Source: Amoebidium appalachense (Eukaryota > Protista > Ichthyosporea). From it: a stretch of DNA of 64,000 nt. Location: NCBI GenBank assembly GCA_963693365.1, contig CAVNZM010000002.1, positions 8,529,059-8,593,058 on the forward strand, in the 5' to 3' direction. Made by a program: the position numbers and the translations under genes. Below, piece after piece: positions 46,040 to 64,000 of this stretch (position 1 is the stretch's first letter; each line of letters starts with the position of its first letter). The notes under the pieces were generated by a model. It saw only the letters and a program-made list of their open reading frames with translations. It was not told the DNA's origin and did no database searches.

Positions 46040-46757
46040 AACAGTCGTGATCCGAGCTAATATTGGGGTTGTCCATTCAATCCACAACTCGTCCATCTTT
46101 ACACACCTTCCACTCAACTACTTTTGACTTGCCGGCCAGATCACCCACCCAGTTTCAAACTCCGCGAGACACTGCAAGACATGCATACTGTGCATTTTAC
46201 GGTTTACTTTCATGATTGGTAGCCAGTACCAAAGCTTTCAAATCAAGTATACTTTCTTGTATGGCTATTCATCATATGTGCTCGGCTGTCACAAATTTAA
46301 TAGCCATGCTCCAGGCACGACAAGTTCAGCGGAAAATACAGCTTTTTGTGTTTCCATATAAAACAGAAAAAAGTAGAAGCGTAAAGCTTTCAGGCTCATT
46401 TACCCCGAGTTATGGAGAAGCCTTAATTTCCCTTATAGTTCATTCATGTCTTGTAACATGATATATTTTCAGAAAGAATACTATCGACTAAGTTTTTCAA
46501 TTATACTGTCATTACATGAAGTTAGCGAGTTGCAGGCACACCATATCGCTGACCAGCAGCGCGGAGGCACACGAGACAATCGTCGTCATAATTGGACGTG
46601 TTCTGAGCGCGTCATTCAGCGAGAATACTCCAACGCTGATTGCCTGAACTTCCTCTGCTACCACAGCACGAGAAAGAGGAAACGTGACGAGTCGTGCTTT
46701 GTGGCCAATGGCACCGGCCAGAGGTTTTGCGTAGGCAGAGAACAGCATCTTGAACAT
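46040..46757 (-). pseudogene. Possible Mpv17/PMP22-family gene relic
   Basis: SLNDALRTRPIMTTIVSCASALLVSDMVCLQ resembles TM1 of the family, and a downstream AG-preceded segment reads ETGWVIWPASQ (cf. W-x-x-WP-x-x-Q) followed by a stop. Recognised by eye only. Confidence 0.4.
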
Positions 46758-47701
46758 AGTTTTCTTTAAGGGGCCTTAAGTAATCGTCTGACACCACTTA
46801 TAATGGCTGCTGCGTTGAGACTAGTGACAGAGTCTGTCTTGAGAGCTTGTGGGCTGGCCATAGAGTTGTTGTTTTTGGAATATGGCTTCGTGGTTGACTC
46901 TCGAACTTTGCCCCTTTGTTGTGTGTTGAGATTCCAGTTTGTGTCGTAGGGACGCCGCAGGGGCTTTGATAACAGCGAGCTGGAAAGTGAAGAGATGTAT
47001 CTTCCCTTTGATGGTGTTTCTAGATTCAGCTGTTGTTTTTTGTTTGGCAAAGAAAAGGTTATGATCACTGACGGAAGATTAGAGCCTCATTAGTATCAAT
47101 CACCTCGTTCCTGTGGTTGTGTTAAAAGTGTGTGCTCATGTATATGGAAGACTATTCACTTCTTTGTCCTTATTCTCAGCTGGTGCCTTCAACATCCTTT
47201 CACAGGCAATAAACGTATGATTCCCCTTTCTTGGGCGTACAGCTATGAGTAGTTGTGTAGGCAAGGGTACCAGTGTTTGTGTGTGGATCTCCAAAAACAA
47301 ATTGCGGTACTATGCACCGGTACTATGCACTGAGTCAACCACTCGTCAGGTCACAGGCTAATGACGCGATCTCGGTCATGCCCAGTTTTGACCAATCAAA
47401 TCGCTTGAAAGATGAGCAAATCCCGGGAATGGTCACCAAAGATGTTGGGTGCTGAATACGCGCCATAACAAAAAAAGCAACAAAAAACATAGCGACCGTG
47501 CCTTTTTAACATCTTATGAAGCACAATTTTTTTTATATATAAAGCTAATTGTCTATATTTATAGTTGTAATTGTATAAATATACAAAAATATTAAAGAGT
47601 TTTGTTCTATCATATGCCATGGGATAAAAAATGTGTCAAGTTTGTTTTTCATAATGTAGGAAATTTGCCGTGTCTCAATTCAGTGAAGTTCTAAGGTGAC
47701 A

Positions 47702-47816
47702 TAGGAATTTGGATCCTGGCCCGGGCCAACCTCGAGAATCCACGGTCACGGCCGTGCCCCGATACGGCATGACCGTGGATTCTCGATGTTGGCCCGGGCC
47801 AGGATCCAAAATCCTA
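47702..47816. mobile_element. 115 bp near-perfect palindrome, MITE/foldback-like
   Basis: Arms of about 53 bp (TAGGA(A/T)TTTGGATCCTGGCCCGGGCCAAC(C/A)TCGAGAATCCACGGTCA..GCCGT) around an 8 nt loop. Direct repeat GTTCTAAGGT at 47688-47697 and 47820-47829. Confidence 0.75.
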
Positions 47817-48894
47817 CAGGTTCTAAGGTCAATTCGTGGGGAAAGAAAAACAAATGCATATACACACAATCATAAAATGAACGTTTTTCGGTACAGTACC
47901 TTCAGTAATTTCTAACGGTGGAATGCACGAGCGATTTCGGCCCAGGCGACAGGCGCTGGACGTGAACACAGCTGCAGCTACACTGTGACAGCTCCGCTGT
48001 ACATCCGCACAGTCGCGGCCCGATACGTTTCTGTGGAATTTCTGTCATCTGCGATTCTGTAAGGGTCACAGATTGACTTGCATGTGCTGAAAGAAATGTA
48101 AAGAAGCATTGCAGTGCAATAATAAGGTGGGCGTATTGATTCAACGACTATGAGAAAGCAATTCCACAGTGCTGCCACCTAAAACTGAGGGCCCTGGCCC
48201 CTGGCCCCTGGCCGACGGCTCAGATGTCTAGATGCCCCGGCGGCAACAGCCTGGCAGACCCACGCATCGATGAACCAATGAGATCAACGTTGTCTGAAAC
48301 CGCGAGAAATAAGACTTATGATTGGTGCGTATGCATGCGTCGAAAAATAAGTCACCCAATAAGCAGTAGCTTATTCTAGAGTAGCCAAAAGCGGTTGCCG
48401 TTACACCATTTTCATTAGTTCAGCGTCAGCTTCTGCTTTCGGTTGTTGCTTTTCATGATATGCCAGCAATCATAGCTCACTGCTTTTTACTGTGCCGACA
48501 CAGCCCTCCTGGACCCTGGTGTCCCGTTTTGACACCAACAGGCTGGTGTAGCCTACACTGTACATACAAGTTGAATAGGTAAAAACCGCGAGAGAAAAAA
48601 AAAAAAAAAAAAAAAAAAACCTGGAAACGAAGAAGCAAGCCTTGTTTTGGCAATATTTACCAACGATCAACAACAATGAGTCTGCAAAATATTAAACACA
48701 GAAGCGCTCACTAATTGAACTTATAGCTGTCTTGTAGCCAGCGAGTTGCCCAACACACTTGCATGTACGTGCACAGTTGCAAAGCACACTGTGGCAGAAC
48801 GTCTCAACCAACCTTCTCATTTTTCAATGATCATATGAGCACACCCCTTCACACACTCACGAAAGCCAAATTCGCCTCACAACTCACCGCCAAA

Positions 48895-49137
48895 ATGTTC
48901 AGCACACTTCAAACTTTGGCACCGTCCCTCAGTGACCGACTTCACCTGAGCACACTGCACACTCTGCTGGCATCTTCCTCTCGTCTGCGAGTCGCCCAAG
49001 ATGCAAATGTTCTGTCAAGCGTGAACATAGCCAATGATGTGGACGTTAACCAGCACATTGGAGAAAGTCAGAGCAGAGAAAACAGCAACATGGACTATTA
49101 CTTGGAACTGTCCCTACCGTTCTGCCTGCATTTCTAA
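48895..49137 (+). CDS. Possible small protein (80 aa), function unknown
   Basis: CCGCCAAAATG start context and non-repetitive composition; no recognisable domain. Confidence 0.25.
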   Translation: MFSTLQTLAPSLSDRLHLSTLHTLLASSSRLRVAQDANVLSSVNIANDVDVNQHIGESQSRENSNMDYYLELSLPFCLHF

Positions 49138-49806
49138 GACATGGGTGCTGGTAGTGACGGTGTGTTTTATGCCTTTAAGGTGTTTTTCAATACATTTCAA
49201 TGATATTTTTTTCCTTTTCTTTCCTTTTTTCTTTCCCTGTACTTTTTGTGCATGAAGGTAGTCAGGCAAAATTACATATCAACATTGCATGTATGTGTTT
49301 TTCCTCCCCTCCCTACTCTCTCTACAGAAGGAAATATTCTTCCGTTACTCTAAATATTGATGTGTGCATTGTACTTTTGTTGCTTCCCAACATCCAGCAT
49401 TTTTTGATGCAGAACTAAATAGTGTTTATGTTGTAACATCATGTGTTTCCAATATTCTAAGTTATTTCTAAGTTTCCTTAAACGCAAACCTAGGGTATGT
49501 GTTGTAAGCGTTACTAAAGGCTGCTGGACAGCCAAGTGCAAAACAAAAGAAGTAAATGAACAAATGAACTGATACAAGAATAATAAGAGGCCCCTGAGGG
49601 CGCAGTCCCCACCTACAATCAGTGACTATGTTGCACATGACGTTTATTGCAATTGCAAAAACTAGAAGGGAATAAGAAGGTATCATGCTAGCGGGTATGG
49701 TGCTAACTAATTACGGATTGGTGTGCCATGTGACGTGTCAATACTGGCGAGCCTTGCCAGGAGGAGTTTAGTATGGAAACCTCTGAACCTACTCGTGTGT
49801 TTGTGT

Positions 49807-49838
<32 letters not shown>

Positions 49839-50571
49839 TGGGTGTGTGTGTGTGGGTGTGGGTGTGTGTATGTGTATGTGCATGACGGTGTGTATCTGTG
49901 TGGTTGTGTGTATGTTGTGTGGGGGTGTGTGTATGTGTGTCAATGCATGTGAGCGTGCAAGTACCATTGCCACATGCATATGTGCAGAGGCGTGCACGCG
50001 TACATTTGTGCGTGTGCTTCTGATTGCTGTGGGGATCATTGCACCTTGTGTGGATCTGGCAGTTGCATGTAGGTAACAACTGAGAGGACTGCAACACTTA
50101 AAGGCCTGAAACACGCCTATGAAACCACACGCAAGCTCAACAAAGCGCTTCTGTTGTTGGGCAAAGCGCTTCTGTTGTTGGGCCCATCAGGTGGCACAGC
50201 TCGAGCAGAACGATCTAGTGCTGTAAGCACTGCGCATGCGCACACGTGTGCGTGATCCGTTTCTGGTGCTTGCAAGTGTGTGGGGGTGCATGGCGCAAAA
50301 GTGTGTGGCATGCGTGTGTGTGATTGTGTGTGAGCTGACTGTGTGTTTTGTAGTGGGTTCAGCAAGACTGTGGATGGTGTGTTGTTTGTGGGGTGGATGT
50401 GTTCATGTGTAGAGGTTATGGGTGTATGCGGGTTTGTGTGTCAAGGTGTGCGGGTGGTGTGAGCGAGTGCATGCGTGCGTGTGCCACACGGTGGCGTGTC
50501 TGTGCGTGCGTGCGGGCTGTGTGCGTGTGTGCGTGTGCCTGTGTAAGCGTGGGTGCGTGGGTGCGTGCCCC

Positions 50572-50591
50572 TGCGTGCGTGCGTGTGTGTG

Positions 50592-50635
<44 letters not shown>

Positions 50636-50645
50636 TTGGTGTGTG

Positions 50646-50734
<89 letters not shown>

Positions 50735-50735
50735 G
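50572..50735. repeat. (GCGT)n tetranucleotide repeat
   Basis: Long interrupted TGCG array. Confidence 0.9.
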
Positions 50736-52293
50736 CAGGTGTATGGTTCTTTTGTGCTTGCAGGTGTTTAATGGGTGTGTTAAGGGGCCCCTTAACACCG
50801 ATTTTTTTTTGTATGGCCCAAGTGGCCATGGCGATGCATTCGTGCACAGGGAGCCAACAGGTGTCTTCTTCATTGCCACGTTAAGTGCCAAGATGAATGG
50901 TTGTCTAATGAAGCATGGAAATACAAAGGTGTCGAAACAAAAGGAATTTCGTCTGGGTGGCAGCTGCTGCGGTGTTGTTGCTGTTGAAAAAGGTTCGAAG
51001 GGTCACGATGAGAACAGAAAAAAATTGATCCTCACGGTCTTCCTCAGTCCCTTCTGCCCACAGTCTGCCAGCTGGCACTGCGCCAGGCAGCCTCTGCGTC
51101 AGCTTGTAGCATTTTTTGCGTAACAATGGAATTTTTATGAGATCTATTCAATCTATTCGTCATTTGGATTGGCTAGGCTACGCCAGTCGCTGCATGTTAT
51201 TGCTGCGAAAACACGTTCCAGCAAAAAAGCACGCGAACTGATTATCCCGTGGGTGTACCGTGAGTGAAAAAGGCACGATGACAGGTGACACGCTGTTGGT
51301 TCCCAAAGTTCAAGTTACTCTGTGTCTTTTGGTAAGCTTGCTCTTGAAACACTCAGGAAAGGAACAAAAGGTTTGTACTAAAAAGTGGGAGAATTCGAAA
51401 ATATGGAGGTAGTTTGTGCTACTCATGTCTGCCAACAACGTACATGCTCGCTGATGTTGTGAATGATCTATCATCATTGTCCTTCCACGAAACCTACATA
51501 CACCTTGGGGGAAAACTATGGCTGCGAGCGATATATTTTGTGGACTCAGCCCCAGGCACGAAACGAGACGTTCACGCATAGCATAAAAAAAGCAGCGTGC
51601 TACTAAACCCTACTGAGACAAGAACATGAGGGAAACGGTGTACTGGCCTCTTTCACATGTCAATGTATTTAATTGATACTTTGCCAAGTGTCTGTGTGTT
51701 GTGTTATTTCCTCCCGTGCGCTTCTAAGTTTTGCACCGTAGACGGATTGGAAAAGAAGACTCCTTCTCGTGACATTTCTTTCAGTTGAAACAAGTTTGCT
51801 TTATGCGTATCTTTTTCCTATACAGTGGAAGTGGGATAAACATCACCCTGGGTTTGCTTATCTCTTATTTGGAAATTGTAGACTTCGTTAACCGTTTGCT
51901 TCTTTCGTGCATTGCAATTGGATTCAACCCATTTTTCTTAAACAGTTTTCCAAATTTACTGAGGTTTACCTTTTTTTTGCCCTTCTTTTTTTTTTTTTTC
52001 GCCTCGCACGTGAACACAATCCAAGTGAAAGGAGCATGGAAAAACGGGAGTAGAGTTTTTCAACAAATGTGAAAAAATCCGTATACTTTTACCCTTTTCG
52101 AACACTCACCTTCAGGGATAGTCTGCGATCACACACGCCTGTATTCATGGTCAAGGTGCAAAAAATACCTAATTCATTAATGCAGTCGGGGTACGGTTCA
52201 GACCAGCAAAACATAAATCACACCCGCCAAATTTCCGCCAAAATTCCTCCCCGCAAATTTTTTCTGTTCTGCCCGTTGTCGGTACTGAAGAAA

Positions 52294-62840
<10,547 letters not shown>

Positions 62841-63502
62841 CTGGACGAGACATGACGAAATTCGGTGTGGGTCGGAAGAGCAATTTTATTCAGGTGCATA
62901 TCTTGAATCTGAACTGTGCATGAAAAGGATATTGAAAGTATATGTATATAGAGTGGTCTATCGGCATATCGCATTATAGGGAATGTTGTGAAACGAGTTA
63001 GAAAGACGGGAGGTTGGGGGGGGGGGGGGGGGGGGGGGAGGGGGGGGGGGGGTTCAAAGTGTTTTTGAGGTATGCTATACAGTCCCACGGTGTGCATTTT
63101 TTGTTTGACCCGAATGTTGACGTTTGTTTTCTTTCCTAAAAATGAAACCGTCGCGGTTTATTCGTAGCAATTGGTCGCAGGTTTCACCGAAGTAGTTATG
63201 ACGGGAGCCTTTTTTTTTTTTTTTTTTTTTTCGGAAATAAAAATTGTTCGAAGCCTAAAGCCTCCCGAAATGTAATCTCGTTGTATAGATAGCTACCGGA
63301 AGAGTGCACGTGAGCACTGCGTGTGTGTGTGTGTCTGGGAGGAGGGAGGGGGGGGGGGGGGGGGGGGGAGGGGGGGGGAGGGGGGGGGGGCCGCCAAGAA
63401 AAAAGATTTTAGCTAAAAAAGGCAAGCACAAAGGTTTTTTCCATTTCCCACGTCTGGGTGGTTGAGGTGGGGTGCGTGGGGGGAGATGGGTGAGAGAGAG
63501 GG

Positions 63503-63567
63503 GGAGGGAGGGAGGGAGGGAGGGAGGGAGGGAGGGAGGGAGGGAGGGAGGGAGGGAGGGAGGGAGG
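63503..63567. repeat. (GGGA)n repeat
   Basis: Perfect tetranucleotide array. Confidence 0.9.
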
Positions 63568-64000
63568 CAGGGGGAGAGGGGGAGACACTGCGGATCCCTG
63601 CCAGATCTGATAGTGTTCTTCTCCCTCAAATTTCACACATACATACACTTAAATGCAGATTGCGATATCCGGCGACGGTGACCTGCTGATCGTTTATGTT
63701 TCACCCTTGTGACTAAATATTAAAAACTCTGACGTGATAACTTTCTTGGCATCTGTGCGAGTTGGTGCATTCTCTCAAGGAGGATGGGGGAAGGAAGAGG
63801 AGGGGGTGGGTAGGTGGGTGGGGGTGAAGGGGGGGGGGGGGGGGGGGGAGGGGAGCGAGGGCCCGGGGCGTGGGGGAGGAGGGCACGCTGGGGGGGGGGG
63901 GGGGGGGGGGGGGTTACCCCTCTACATCCCTCCCTCCCCATATATCATTATCAACAATACCTATTATCTAATGAACCTAACGTATTTCACTTTTTTATAA

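Noticed and set aside
45460-48215. TIR element carrying the Mpv17-like relic and truncating the LTR
   Set aside because: The putative TIRs are short GGGCC-rich matches, with no TSD and no LTR remainder beyond 48215.

Overview
Eukaryotic nuclear DNA; the organism cannot be identified from this window. Manual splicing gives an intronless secreted SdrD B-like repeat protein (runs off the left edge), a head-to-head pair of F-box/LRR-like paralogues (one disrupted), a 4-exon secreted EEP-family sphingomyelinase C-like gene, a 10-exon BT1 folate/biopterin transporter pseudogene, a possible Mpv17/PMP22 relic and a 10-exon coiled-coil/BTB(KCTD)/WD40 gene. Mobile DNA includes a degenerate copia-like LTR element (LTRs, PBS and PPT visible), two foldback/MITE-like elements and a Helitron-like 3' end. 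The most unusual feature is the intron architecture. Introns are packed with poly-G/poly-C tracts and (CA)/(TG) repeats that are nearly absent from the 40.6-49.8 kb intergenic stretch, and many acceptors are A/C-rich instead of U-rich. Unrelated genes also share a 190-250 bp intronic repeat that, in every copy with a known host, lies in the host's sense orientation; most copies end in a TTCTAAC-like motif followed by poly-C. All alignments and translations were done by eye. Most ORFs in the supplied track are low-complexity artefacts, and homopolymer lengths may include sequencing error.
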